Of a stretch of DNA of 64,000 nucleotides, positions 40,151-53,400 are shown piece after piece. A model generated the notes under the pieces. It was not told where the DNA came from. It worked only from the letters and a program-made list of their open reading frames with translations, and searched no databases. A program made the translations under genes and the position numbers. Source of the DNA: Lama glama (lineage: Eukaryota); NCBI GenBank assembly GCA_028534125.1, contig CM052817.1, forward strand, positions 88,910,001 through 88,974,000. The letters are read 5' to 3'. Within the stretch, counting starts at the first letter, position 1. The number at the start of each line of letters is the position of its first letter.

Positions 40151-41339
40151 AGGAATTCAACTGAGAGGGCATAGTTTGCCATGTCCTACACATACCACAC
40201 ATACTGGTGCCATACTGTGCAATGGACAGGAAGACTTGAGACCAATTATCAAAGTATTTGTTTCAACCCAGTATTATAACTAGAAGTTCAATAGGTGACA
40301 GCATTAAGAAGGGGAGATGATGGCATACATATCCAAATGGCATGGATCATAAAAGAGAAGGCTTTTTATTATGATGATGGATGAGTGAAGTCCCCAAAAT
40401 GACAACAGTGATAGTTACTGTGATTGGGAGAATATTTACCTGATTTTAAAACATCCCTTAATGGTGGTGTTTCCTAGAGTATTCCTCAAAAATCTTGTAC
40501 GCAAAAAATGTGAGAGCCTTGGAGTTTGTTAACCAGGGAGTGCAATATATGGCGACTCTGAAAAGATTAAATGCCCCGTTAAGTTTGAGGCAGCCAGTAA
40601 ATCTTTTAAATTGAAAGTATGCTTGAAAATGTGACTCTTCTGTGAAATCTTATACACGTGAGTTACCTATAGTTAGGTTGGAAGAGGTGCATGTTTACAA
40701 TAAGGAACTATTACAAAAACAAGAGTTATGTCTGTAAAGAATGTATAAATATAATATATAATTAGCACCTCAAGCTAATTTTAATAACATTAATAAGCTG
40801 ACTACAGTTTTTGTGAGAATTACATTGTCAAAATATCCACAGATTGGAGGAAAAATACTGTGAATATTTGAGATTTAAAATCACCCTTATGCCAGATCAG
40901 CAATAAGCAAGAAGTCAACTGGAAGAACTGTTCAGCTCCCAAGATGGTCATATCCCCTGATATCATTGCAGTTTACAAGGCAGATAGGGTTAAAAAATAT
41001 CTCCAAGAGACAGGCAACATGGAGAATGAATAACAGAAGAGTTACATGGCGGGGGCCAAATTGAGCAGATTTTAAAAACTCAGTTTAATTGGCAAAAATT
41101 TCTCTTGGTTTTCAGACATGCTCTGGGTTGCTCTTTATCTGCACTCTTTCTACAAATGAAAGATCTGATTAAAGGCAATGTTAGAACACCTTGCAAGTTA
41201 AAAAAAAAATCAACAAAATAGGGGGATTGAATGTAGAAGTGGGGACTTGGGCAGTGTTGCCATAAACTCAATCTCTCTGTGGTTAGAAGACAGCCTACAT
41301 TGAGTTGAGTTTCTGATTGCCTTGCTTAGGTTCTAATTA

Positions 41340-41356
41340 CCACCACCTGGTGGATC
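41340..41356 (-). promoter_or_regulatory. Candidate CTCF-like motif
   Basis: The minus strand reads 'gatCCACCAGGTGGTGg', matching core CCASYAGRKGGCR with one C>T. Motif match only. Confidence 0.35.
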
Positions 41357-41537
41357 CCCTTTCTGCTGCTTCCTGATACGTCTCTGAATTAGAGCAGGTG
41401 CTGTTTCCCTTAATAACTGAGCCAGAGCAATCACCCTGACGTGCCCATATATAGTGATAACTCTCATGATTTAAAGTTGCACTTTGATTATAGTTGAATC
41501 TAGGTAGAATTAAATCACATTGCATATATATGTTTAT

Positions 41538-41570
41538 GCATACACACACACACACACACATAGACACACA
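41538..41570. repeat. (CA)n microsatellite
   Basis: 'gcatacacacacacacacacacatagacacaca'. Confidence 0.9.
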
Positions 41571-42611
41571 TGATTCTTTAAAATGATGCATTTAAAATAC
41601 TCTATTGCTTTCACTGTATCTGGCTGTATTAAAAATTTGAAGTAACAGAATTGATAAGATTGAAGAACTGTTTGTGATAGCAGAGACGTTAATAATTGAC
41701 TAGTTTATTTAAAAATTCTTTAATTCTTTAAAAGTATAGATCTAGGTCTTGAATATACAAGAAGCCTCTGATTTAAATGAATATTTAGGCAAAGAGATCC
41801 CATGTCCAGCAGATTGAGGCCACCCTGGGATGTCTCTTCCATCCAGATAGGTGTCTATTTGTCTGAGGAAACAGTTTCCTCCTGGGGCAGATATAGGGAT
41901 TATCCTGTTAATAAAAGATAATGTAAAAATTTAGTCAAAGAACAATTCCCTAATTTATAAGAGAAGGAAAAATCTGAGTTCAATGTGATGCTTGTCTTTC
42001 AGGCTTGACTTCAGACTTCACTCAGATGTTTCTCGTTCTTAATTAGAGACTCAGTAAAACTCAAATTTGAAATATGCAGGATGAGCTATTATAAAATGGA
42101 TAGTATCTAAAGATAGTAGCTGTTGGGCCAAGAAAAAAAAATATTTGCCTACTCTCCAGATCATATCAAAATTTGAAATGGATAAGCCCTGTTACTTCCT
42201 GTGATTGATTATATTAGCGGGCAGAAAAGTATTTATTTCAACCTGAATTTATTACATATTGAAGATTGCACAGGAAGAATATTTTTATTGTTAACCTGTG
42301 AAGTGTCAGGCAATTTTCTAAGTACTTCATAATTATTTACTTCACTGTCGATTGGTAATAATTGGATTCTTAAAAACAATTACACTGCTTATTATTAACA
42401 CAGAAAATCGTATCTGATTTTTCAAGAATAAAAGATGATAGGTGTAAACATTTGTTAAAATAGGGGCATCTAGTGGGAGAGGCAAGGCATCATATGACAG
42501 TGAGCCTCGTGGCCACCAACTGATTAGGCAGTGATCAAAGGCACACTGGTGGGCTTGGGACCAAAAAGAAGATAAACCTCTTGGCAGAGAAATAAATGCT
42601 TTAGATGTCAG

Positions 42612-42815
42612 ACCAGTATGGTAAAGGCAGTGGAGCCACCCCTGGATTTAGCTCCCAACTTGGAAAATTAGGAAATCTGTGACCTGCATAAACTATCTGA
42701 ATCTCACTGCCTCATTCTTAAATACTGAAAGCATAATACATTTTGGATAACTCTGATGACTAAATACGTGAATGCATCTAGTATAGTCCCTGGCCCGTTA
42801 GATACTCAGTAAGGT
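42612..42815 (+). mobile_element. MIR SINE
   Basis: 'tgtgacctgcataaactatctgaatctcactgcctcattcttaaa...gcatctagtatagtccctggcccgttagatactcagtaa'. Confidence 0.7.
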
Positions 42816-45800
42816 TAATTTCATTCTTTCAATTGAATTTTTTAAATTTGAAAGTATTCTTGTATCTTTTTGTGTTTATGTGTATGTATGCACCCATGAA
42901 AAGTTCTTTTCAGCACATATTATAGGTTGCTTCATACATGTTCCAGATCGGAGGCTTTGCCTTTTTCTCTGTTTTTCTACTGACCACTTGAAAATATATA
43001 TTTTATATTATGACCCAGAATTCACAAAATCAATACATCCTTTGGTTGATGCCTTCTAATATTTAATTTTGTATTTTAGTTCATTCTTTCTTATTTTAAG
43101 TTAACAAATCATTCTGATTTCCAAACTCTATAAATCCTTGCTACATGGATTTCACAATCATTAATGAATTGCAGTGTGCACTTTGAAAGTCCTCTCCTAG
43201 AAGGACCTCAGTGACTTTCTCATTCCTTATTATTGTATAATAAGAAAGATAAAAACACCCTGGGAAAATGAAAAGCAGTATGTCTTTCAGAGTTGAAGAA
43301 AGGATTAAACAGACCTATCCGAGTTAAAATAATGATTGTTGTCCTGTACTGTGTGAAAATCCCAGTTGCTGCCTAGCAGGCAAGTGTCAAGTTAAAACTC
43401 TGCACCTCTTGTAAAGTATCAGAATGTAACTGACACAAAAAGAGAGGTAAAGGAACTTGAGTTTCATGGAACAGCATTAGGATTTTCACAATTCTTAGAG
43501 TCTTAAATCAGTATCTTAGACTCCTAAGGCATTTGAGATTCAAAAAATTTCATCAAGATCTTGACTAACAAGAAATAGTGCATTAGAAAAGATGAAAGAA
43601 TCAGTGGATTATTGGAGTATGACATACATCTCTCCTAAAGAATCTGCTAGTAGAGATTGTTCATTAATAAAATATTGACATATTTCACGCTCCATTTAGG
43701 GACAGAAAAATGAGGCTCTTTTTGAAATGTGTATTCAGGCATTCTTAAGGCAAACTGTAGAATTTATTTTTAACATTTGATGAGAAAATTGAAAATATGA
43801 GATAAAAATTTAGATCATTTGAAGGATCGTAGTTTTATATTTAACACTAAGTATATGATCCATAACCATGGCCCCAAAGGAAGAATGTGAAATTTCATGC
43901 TTAATAAACTAATCATGATCAGACGTAACCTGAAAATTGGACACTGATTGCACCAAGAATCTACTCTTTTTCAACTTCTGTATTACTCCTGTGTGACTTT
44001 TCTTGACCTTAGATATTGACTTGATTGAAAAGAGTATATTGACAATTTAATTGTTTTTATGACACTAGTTTTTAAATTAAAGACCTGGTAAAATTTTAAA
44101 TTAAAATATATCTGTGAAACCTTTAGAAATAACATGTGTTTAAAAACAGTAGCCTCTGGGCAAAGAAAAATAATCCTTTGCCTGCTTGTCAAATCACATT
44201 ACTGTCAAAACTTAAATGGAATAAGAAGTCCAGTTACTCACTTGTGTTAGCTTATAGAGGCAATGCAGAAAATTACTTAATTCATTGCACTTAAAGATTC
44301 TCATATAAGAAGATAAAGAAGCCTTACTCTTATTGTCTACCTGCTATGTCAACCTGTTTTCTTAACACTCCAGTTATTTGCTTCACTAGTTAATGCAATT
44401 TAGTTTGATTTTTAATTGTTAAAAATTATATTCTTAGTTGTTAAAACTATTTAATATTCTACTTAAGGCTTTTTAAAATAGTTATTTACATGGGCTTTAA
44501 TAATTAAGAATACACTTCACGTATAATAGGGGAAGTATTCAGAAAGTTCTATTTTAATTGCAGGAAAATATGTGACATGCTTTTCAAATTAAAAATTCAA
44601 GCTACCAATTATTTCTTCATCATAGAGTGTTGTTATAAAATCTGTCTTTAATGAGGAAAATAAAAAAGTCATAATAATAATAATTGTAATAGTTATTATT
44701 TAAAGTTATTAATGTTTAATAGTAATAATTTAAAATTTATTATTTTCAGCCTGGCTGAGCACCAGGCAATGTCCCTTTTAGTAGAGCAGGTGGTCTCACC
44801 TGATGTACTCTGATCATGCCTATTCTTTCTGCCCAATAAAAACACCTAGCAAGGACATGGCTACAGGTATTTGGAGCATATGGTGCTATTGATTTCTGTA
44901 GTTTTTCTAATTTTGAAGGCATAGTTTTATATTACAAGTGTATTTTTGATGAGTACATTTCAATTTTATTCTTAATCAAAATAGTTTAGGAAGGGTAAAT
45001 AATGCCAATAATGGACAGGTTTTCAAATATGCATGTGAATCACATATTGCTGCAGCGTAAAGTGCTTAGTCTGGTCACCTTTCGTGCCCTCCTTCCACCA
45101 TGGAATTTAATCACTCAGTTCATATTCTATCAAAAAATCTTTTGGATTTTTCTGAGTCTATTATTAGTATTATAGAGGAAAAGGATGATTTTGTTTCCTT
45201 TACGTTAATTCAAAAAGTGTCTGTTGCCATGCTTATAGAAATTTGTTTTGCTTTTTTATTTCGAGTTCCCTTAAATGATTCTCACTCATTTTCTGTCTTA
45301 TCTCACCTACTTCCCTTGTAACTGCTTCCCTATTTCATAGGTACTAGATTTTTCAGCGAATTTTTGAGGATACCCAGATTACTGTTTCACAAAATATGAG
45401 AAATAGAATTATGAGAATAACAAAATGCCAGTTGCTCTCTCTTTTAAGGTTATTATTTTATATTTTTAACTTAATTTTAATGGTATTTGATAATGACTCA
45501 AAGCTTAGAACTGTGAATAGTAGGACATATAGGCTTTAAATTTGAGGAAATAATTACATAGGGGAAAAGGCATTGGAACTCTCAATTATTAATGGTGAAA
45601 AATCTCAGGATACATAGGGACCTTCTCATTAACTATGACCAAATATGGGTAAAATGTCACGTCAGAGGGAGACTAGCTTCTTCCATGGAAAGAGGAAGGT
45701 CTTAGAAGTTATGGCAATGCAAACTTAGATTCAGTTAAAGATGAATACAAGAACAACTACAGATGTCTCAAATTTTAATCTTCTGATACTAAAGCTAGTA

Positions 45801-48800
45801 ACTCTCTCCCAATAAGATGGTCACACACCTGGAACAACCATATAACGTATTTTCTCCTAGGGAGAGTTGAGAGAGAGAAAAAACAGATTTTGGAGTTAAG
45901 GATTCCTTGTTAAATTTTTTCACTTGACACACTTTAACAGGAAAAGAAAGAACCAAAAGGCAAGATGCAACTTGAGATTTGGGAGTATGGAAAGCAGATC
46001 ATTTTTAAGGAATTGCATTCATGTTTACTGAACTCAGGGCTATTTTAAACATCAGACCATGCTACCAGTTTCTTCTTTCCGTCTAATGTCTCAAATATTT
46101 ATTATCTATTTGAAAATTATGAAGCTAAGGAAAACCGTTGCCATGGGTTATAGTTTAAGTTTGATCCCACTACCACTACTTTGATATCTTCTTCACGCTC
46201 CACATGATAAGGCCCATAGGAATACCCTGGTCTATGAGAATGCACAAAGTAACAAAAATCATCTCAGAATAAATGGAAAATTCTGTGAACATAAGTATGT
46301 TCACATTTGCAGTATTTTTATTTCACATTTTTAAGTCATCAGATGGAAAAATCCTCTTCAATGACATTACATTTTAGTAATCAATGACAATTCTTACATA
46401 AATAACTCTTGTTATACTTTACCTTGCATAAAGCACATGGAAGTATAACAGTAATATTTTCTTCACTTTCTCTTCTCTCCTGTCACTTTGAAATACTTTG
46501 CTACAAAAAATAAACTGAAGGAGTTAATGCTCCATGTCCTGGGAGGCCTTCCCTATCTGTAGCAAAAGCTGTTGTTCCCTGAGTGCCACATCAGATTGGA
46601 GAACCACAAGTGTGCTGTGGCAGATAGCTTATCGCTTCTGCAAGAGTTATTGAAACATGTAACTAAATCCTTGCTTGCAAAATTTGACCTTGATGTGTCC
46701 CTGAATTCTAGCAGACTGAAAATAGAGTCTGTTGTAAAGAGTATTATGAACTGGGTCAGAACACCAGAAAATGGAAAGGAAACAGTGAATTATGTTCCAG
46801 GAGGAAGCAAATGGTTTCACATTTACAGCTAATATTTCTTGGATTTATAAGGCTCAGAAAATACATATTAATAATAATGAAAAATAAACTTGGTGTGGAA
46901 GTTGTACAAATTTAATTCTGTCAACATATGATTCAATGCTGACATTGCTGAATGGGTAGAAACTGAAGGGTGAACTAGGTGTAACATATCTCACAATTTT
47001 TATGAAATTCAGTTGATAAAATCCCAATATTTAATGGCATATACAAATACTATAATTTGGGGAGTATTGATTTTAATTGGTTTAATGGTTTATTTAATAG
47101 GATTATAATCTTTAGTGTATTTGTCTAAGTAAAAACATCAAATGTATGTATGAGTTGCATGAAATGGGTTCAGTACCTGCTGCCTCTTAGCTGTGTACTT
47201 CTCCAAAGTCAAAGGAGACAATTGCAAATACAGCTAACAGATTAAAATCAGAGTAATATTACATAACACATATTTTACATGCAAGAGATAAATTTTCCAT
47301 GCAAAACTGTCAAAAATTTTAAACAAGGTAAATGTAATTTGTGGTGTCATCAGTACACCATCCCTGGGGAACAGGAGGGGAGAGAAGACAATGGGATGCT
47401 CAAAGAGCAAACTACCTTTCCCATCTTGACTCCCAGGCAAAATTTACAAAGCCCCAGGTTTCTTCCTCCCCATGAAGACAAGAAGAAGAAACAGGCTCCC
47501 AAATACTAGAACACAAAACTGTCCAGCTTTTCTGTTTCTGGGAAAATAAACAAACACCTTGATCCATTAACTTGTGGATTTTTTTAATAAAATTTTAAAT
47601 CCTAGAACTTAGCCTTTCAAATCTATTTTTATTTATAAAGTTTCTCCTATCATTCCAACTGTAGCTGAACTCTCTTATGTGGTGAACAAAATAACACAAT
47701 CAGTAGTAGCATGAAAAATTAACTCTCCCTTATCTGATGTGTTTAGGAGACTGACATCTTGGAGCCCGAGGATGAGAATCTTGGAGAACTGACTGAAATC
47801 GAAATGGACAGGTGAACACGAAAAGGAACCATTCTTCTGACTGACTCCTTCTTATGCTATGTGGTGAGTATTAGTACAGTAGGGGGGAAAAGATACTCTA
47901 AAGTTTTCTTTGTAACTGAGCTCAGCTCTCACTAGGGTAGGGTTAAATATTAATTTTTATGAAAGATATCTGTGTAGTAAAAAAGCCGACATTTTCCTGG
48001 AATAAAATGTTGGCATACACATCTCAGATGCTAGGAAAAACAGTAAGTCCCTGAGTGCGCAGTGACTATCTGGTAGAGAAAACATGAGAGAATTCTGAAG
48101 TAGAAGTTAGTACCCCCAACTTTCCTTCTGCATCATATATACTTTTTGCTAGTTGTGATGCAAATAAAAATGTTGACTGTATGAAATATGAACACCCAGA
48201 AAGCTTGATAAGATGGTTATTATTGGCAAAAGAATTCCAGAAAGGTCTCAGATTAAACATGATTTCCCATTCCTCCTCTATAAATGGAACTTTCTCTGCT
48301 TCTCTTGAACCAAACTGTGGTTGCTTGAAGTTAGGAATTACCATGATGTAGGTTTACCCCAGACAGTCTAAGATTACACCTGTCACTGAAGCCAAATTAC
48401 GAATGCTGCCCTTTTGTCCTCCTCAAAGTGTGCTGGTTTGAATGGTACATCATGAAGTCCCCTAGTTACGTGCAGACGTAAATGTGTGAAGCAAACAAAC
48501 AAAAAATCAAAAATTAAGCACTTGCAATAGATAAAATGTAAAACAGACAACTGCAATGACAAATCTAACTCAAATCAACTGAATCATAGATATTAAAAAT
48601 GACATTAACAAAAATGTAAATATAATGAAGCTTAGATTTAGTTATTTGACCTTGTAGGATGAAAGAAACAAAAACAAAATTTATGACTCAGAATGATTCG
48701 ATTCTTGCTGTTGTGCTGATGCCAGAGCAACAAAATGCAATGCAGAGCTTTTAAATGATATCTTGGGCTTCATAAGAGTCCTGGCAGATAAAATTACTGT

Positions 48801-50983
48801 GGTTATTGTACACTACACACTGTGCTGTGTAGAGGCTTGTACAGAGGTAAAATAAGTTCGATCTTTGAGATGTAGGTAGGCTTGGTAGAAATGCTAACAT
48901 GTAACTACTTTTCCTTGCCCTTCATGAAGCTAAGAAGGAGCTGATAATGTGGGCTCAGTTACTAGCTCTGCAGCTGAAAATTTTTAGAATGGCTGAATAA
49001 ATTATGACATGGTCTATGAATTCTATAGAGCCACTGAAATAATTAAAGGTCCTAACAGTTGAAGTGATTTTCATGAGGTATTAATGACTAAAAAATAAAA
49101 TGCAAGAAAATGTGTTTATTAAAATATCAATCTGGAGAGAAAAACCCTCAAAATCCCTATATACATGTATCTACATATATTCATATTTATGTATGTTTTT
49201 GTATAATTTTATGGTCGTGGAGAAAAGATGAGAAAATACATTTCACAATACATTTTAGACTTTTAACATTGGTGGTGTGTGTGTGTGTGTTTGTGTGTGT
49301 AGGCAGAAGAGGAGCATATGCCCAAATAATAAAGGAAAAGAAAGGAAAACAATGCGATGCAAGCATAAATTCCTAGACCTGTGAAATTAGATTCTTTTGG
49401 ATGGACATGGAGCTGTATTTTTGACATGCCTCCTTCAGAGATTCTTATAAATGGCAAAAAAATGTATACGCCATTCCATGTTAGAAGAGATATGAGAGGG
49501 AAAATTATAATTATTCCTTTAAATCTGCTCTTATTTCTAGGGATCATGTTGAATTACTCCAGATAATGAAGTTCTCCTAACTTCAGTCTTTCCAAAAATG
49601 ATACATAATTTGGTTATCAGAGAATCAATAAGGCTACATTTCCAGCTATTCTTATTCAATTTTGATAACCCGAAAATGGCCCTTGAAAATATATTAACGC
49701 ATGTCAACATAAATACATGTTACCTAAACCATAGCTGTGATTTTACTGATGCTTTGATAAAGTATAAAGGAAGCATGAATTTGTTAATTTCTCCATTCAT
49801 TCATTTATATCCCTATCTTAATTTATTTGTATTTCTGCTTTTTTCATAAGCAAATATAGATGTTTAACTAGAATCTATACTGGAAGAAAACTCCACAGGA
49901 AACACTAAAATATGAATATTATTTCTACTTTGGTTAATAAAAGAATTCTGAACCCTCATCCTGTTTATTGCAACAAAGATCTTCATCCCTAACTATACCT
50001 CTAGGAACACAGGGAGCAAACATAGGCCAAATGTAAATACTAACAAAACAGTTGATCATTTTGCATAAGCCAAATACCCATCTCCGTAAACCTTAAAGTC
50101 TTTTGCTTTCAGCTCTCAAAGCAAACACATTTTGCTGTCCTGAAAACTCTGCAGATCAAAGTCGTCTTTTTTTTTTTCCCCTTTCCTGAGATTTCCAGAG
50201 GAGGAAACTGATGTTAATGTTCCGGTGCCAATATTCTCTCCGTACTAGAGAGTTAGAATGCAGAAATCTACTCTTAGGTGAGGACAGAAATTCAAAAGCT
50301 TCTTTGAAACTACTGCTTGGATTTGATTTTGCCCGCTAGCTGGCCATCTGCAGTCACCATATGCAGTAAGGGTGGATGTTCTTTAAAATAATTTTTCTGC
50401 CTTGTTAGTTATCTAAATTCATTACTACAAGAAGAACAAATAATGCCACTTCTATTATAATAATTCTCACTTTTAATACACATAAAATTTGAATGCCTAA
50501 CTCCTTCTAGAAAACAATAGCAATCTCTTTAAGGCATTTATTTGTAGTGGTCAAAAACTGTGCCATAAAGAAGCACTACCAAATGTATTATCTTATTCGG
50601 AGTGTTGCCATATTGTATCAAAGTCCTAACCAAAACAATCAGGAAGGTGCTGTAATACTGATAGCAACCAAAGTAATCTGTCTTCTGACAGGCTCTTCAG
50701 GCAGAAGGAATGTGATACTCTGGAAATTTGGATCTACATTAAAGGAATTAAAAGTTTCCAGAAATGGTCAAAAAGTGAGTAAATGTATCATTATGAAATT
50801 CTCTCATTCAATCTCTTTCTCTTAAAAAAAAAACTCTCTAAAACATAATTTATAATGAACAATATACTGGTTACAGAAGTAATAACAATGCATTGCTGGT
50901 ACTGGGTGTATAGGAGACATAGAAGTAAAATGTGTGATATTTTTATTCAAGTAGTTTATTTGCAAAAATATAATAGTCTACAT

Positions 50984-51213
50984 CAGTGGTTCTCAACAGA
51001 GGTGATTCCCTCCCTCCCCATTCCCAAGGACATTTGGCAATATCAGGAAACATTTCTGGTTGAGTTTTATTGTCCAGTTGGTGGGTGTTTATTGGCATGT
51101 ATTAGGCACAGGCCAGTGGTGCTACTGAACATCCTACAATACACAAGACAACTCTTCTCAGCAAAGATATATCCCACTCAAAATGTCAACAGTACCTCTA
51201 TGGAGAAACTCGT
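50984..51213 (+). mobile_element. MER20 (hAT-Charlie non-autonomous DNA transposon)
   Basis: 'cagtggttctcaac...ggacatttggcaatatcaggaaacattt...gaacatcctacaatacacaagaca...aaaatgtcaacagtacc...gagaaactc'. Degenerate 8-bp TSD gtctacat (50976-50983) / atctagat (51214-51221). Confidence 0.92.
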
Positions 51214-51224
51214 ATCTAGATAGA

Positions 51225-51845
51225 ACGTCCTTACGAATCTATAGAAAATCATTAAAACTATTAAGCAATTTTCACAGATTTCAGGACATAAGAAAGGGCA
51301 ATATACAAAATCAGTTATATATCAATATACTGTGAACAAACAGCTAGAAACTGAAAATCAAAAAAACCCATTAAAAATAGCACCCAAATCATAAAGTACC
51401 TAGAGATGAATTTATCAAAATGTGTCCAAGACCTGTACACCAAAAACTGCTAATCATTCTTGCTAGAATTGAAGGAATATCTGAATCATATTTTAATATT
51501 ATTAATATATTAATATTTTATTAATTAAATATTGTTAAAATGTTAATTCTCACCAAAATTTTCTATAGATTTATGGAAAGCAAGCAAAATCTCAGTAGAA
51601 CTGTCATAGAAAATTACAAACTGATTCTAAAATGTATATGAGTTACAAAGAACTTGAATAGCCAAATAATATTGACTAAAAAGAACAAAGCTGAAAGACT
51701 TACAGTAACTGATTTGAAGGATTACGAAAATTCCACAGAAAATAAGAAATCATGGCATAAGAGTAAAGTTGTATATATACATCAATAGAACAGAACTGAA
51801 AGGCAAGAAGATTGACATATATAGTCAATACACTTTGACAAAGGT
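51225..51845 (+). mobile_element. Old L1M ORF2 fragment
   Basis: 'aatatacaaaatcagt', 'aagtacctagagatgaatttatcaaaatgtgtccaagacctgtacacc', 'ctgattctaaaatgtatatg', 'aaaagaacaaagctgaaagacttaca'. Confidence 0.88.
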
Positions 51846-52628
51846 TATTATCTCAAAATCAGTTCATGGAGTTCAAGACCAAAGAAATGGTCTTAAATAT
51901 ATATTTTTTAGATTATGTTATTAATATATTCATTCACAAAAGACCAAATGTGCAATATTTCTCAATAATACAATACTTGCTTCTAAAATTGGCCAAATTT
52001 TCCTCATATAAATAATTGTAGTTATTTTAATGTGGGAATGGAAAAGGTTTAGTACCATGAGTCAGAATAAAGGAAAGGGTGTCTCTTTTTATTTGATCAT
52101 AAATATTGTTATTAGTCTCAGTAATGGAATTATAACCAATATTTTTCTCAGTCTGTCTCCTTGTTGAAACAACTCCAAATTTTATACATTTTATATTCAT
52201 GATTAGTAAAAAATAGCATCCATTTAGAATACTCGAAAAAATACAGAAGGATATAAAAAAATACAATGTGCCATTGATCCTATAATTCAAAGGTAAGTCC
52301 TATTAATATAAAAGTTGATGCACTTCCAATCTTATAAGCTCATATTAAATTAATTAATTTTCCATGGTTGAGAAATTAAATACATTCTTAAAAGTGGAAA
52401 ATTACTTGGGATAATTTTTTCCCTCACTTTGGAATCTGAAGAATATGTAATTATGTTCTATCTCTGACATACTGTGTGGCCATGTGAAAGTCACTTGACC
52501 TCTCTATGATTCATATTTTATCTCTGAATTCTTGTTATCTGGCACTCAGTTGTGGTTGTGAGAAGTAAGTATTGTAATGCATGCTGAGGATGGGAATAGT
52601 ATTGTTATAGCTATTTTGATTTTTAATA

Positions 52629-53400
52629 CAGTTAACCCTTGAAAAGCATGGGTTTAAACTGCGTGCATTACACTTAAACAAACGTTCACTTACACAGGAT
52701 TTTTTTAAGTTTTTACACAATTTTTAAAGGTTACTTTCCATTTACAATTATTAAAAAAATAGTAGCTATATTCCCTGTGTTGTACAATATACATCCTTGA
52801 GCCTGTCTTACACCCAATAGTTTGTACCTCCCACTCCTCCATCCCTATATTGCCCCCTACCCCCACTGGTAGTCACTAGTTTGTTCTCTATATCTGTGAG
52901 TCTGCTTCTTTTTTGTTATATTCACTGGTTTGTTGTACTTTTTTAGATTTCATGTAAGTGATATCATACAGTGTTTGTCTTTCCCTGTCTAATGTATTTC
53001 ACTTAGCGAAAAGCCCTCCAAGTCCATCCATATTGCTGCAAATGGCAACATTTGTTCTTTTTATGGCTGAATAGTAGTCCATTGTGTATGTATGTATGTG
53101 TGTGTGTGTGTATATATATATATATCTGACATCTTTTTTATCCATTCATCTATTGATGAATACTTAGTTTGTTTCTATATCTTGACAATTGTAAATAATG
53201 GTGCTATGAATATTGGGGTGGATGACTCTTTTCAAATTAGTCTTTCCTTTACACTAATTACTACTACAATATTATGCTATTGGCAGTTGGTTGAATCCAT
53301 GAAAACAGAACTATGGCTTAGGGGGCCCACTGGAAGGTTAAAAGGGGATTTTCAACTGTCCAGGGGTCAATATCCCAACTCCTACTATCAAGTGTAAATG
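52629..53400 (+). mobile_element. MER8 (Tigger-family) element split by an L1 insertion
   Basis: 5' part 'ta|cagttaacccttgaaaagcatgggtttaaactgcgtg...cacttacacaggattttttt' (52629-~52706). 3' part 'gttggttgaatccatgaaaacagaactatgg...ggattttcaactg...ggggtc...tcaagtgtaaatg' (~53250-53400). Confidence 0.82.
52705..53245 (-). mobile_element. 5'-truncated cetartiodactyl-type L1 3' end
   Basis: 'aaaggttactttccatttacaattatt...gctatattccctgtgttgtacaatatacatccttgagcc...ctccaagtccatccatattgctgcaaatggca...tgaatattggggtg'. Internal (TG)n/(TA)n at ~53083-53125. Confidence 0.92.

Noticed and set aside
42464..42480. Additional CTCF-like cores (CCACTAGATGCC at ~42465; CCACTAGAGGAT at ~57998, minus strand)
   Set aside because: Mismatches at high-information core positions; matches of this quality are plausible by chance in 64 kb.
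3225..53245. Minus-strand bias of young L1s as proof of a plus-strand host intron
   Set aside because: There are only four young copies, and older L1s and several LTRs lie on the plus strand, so the signal is inconclusive.
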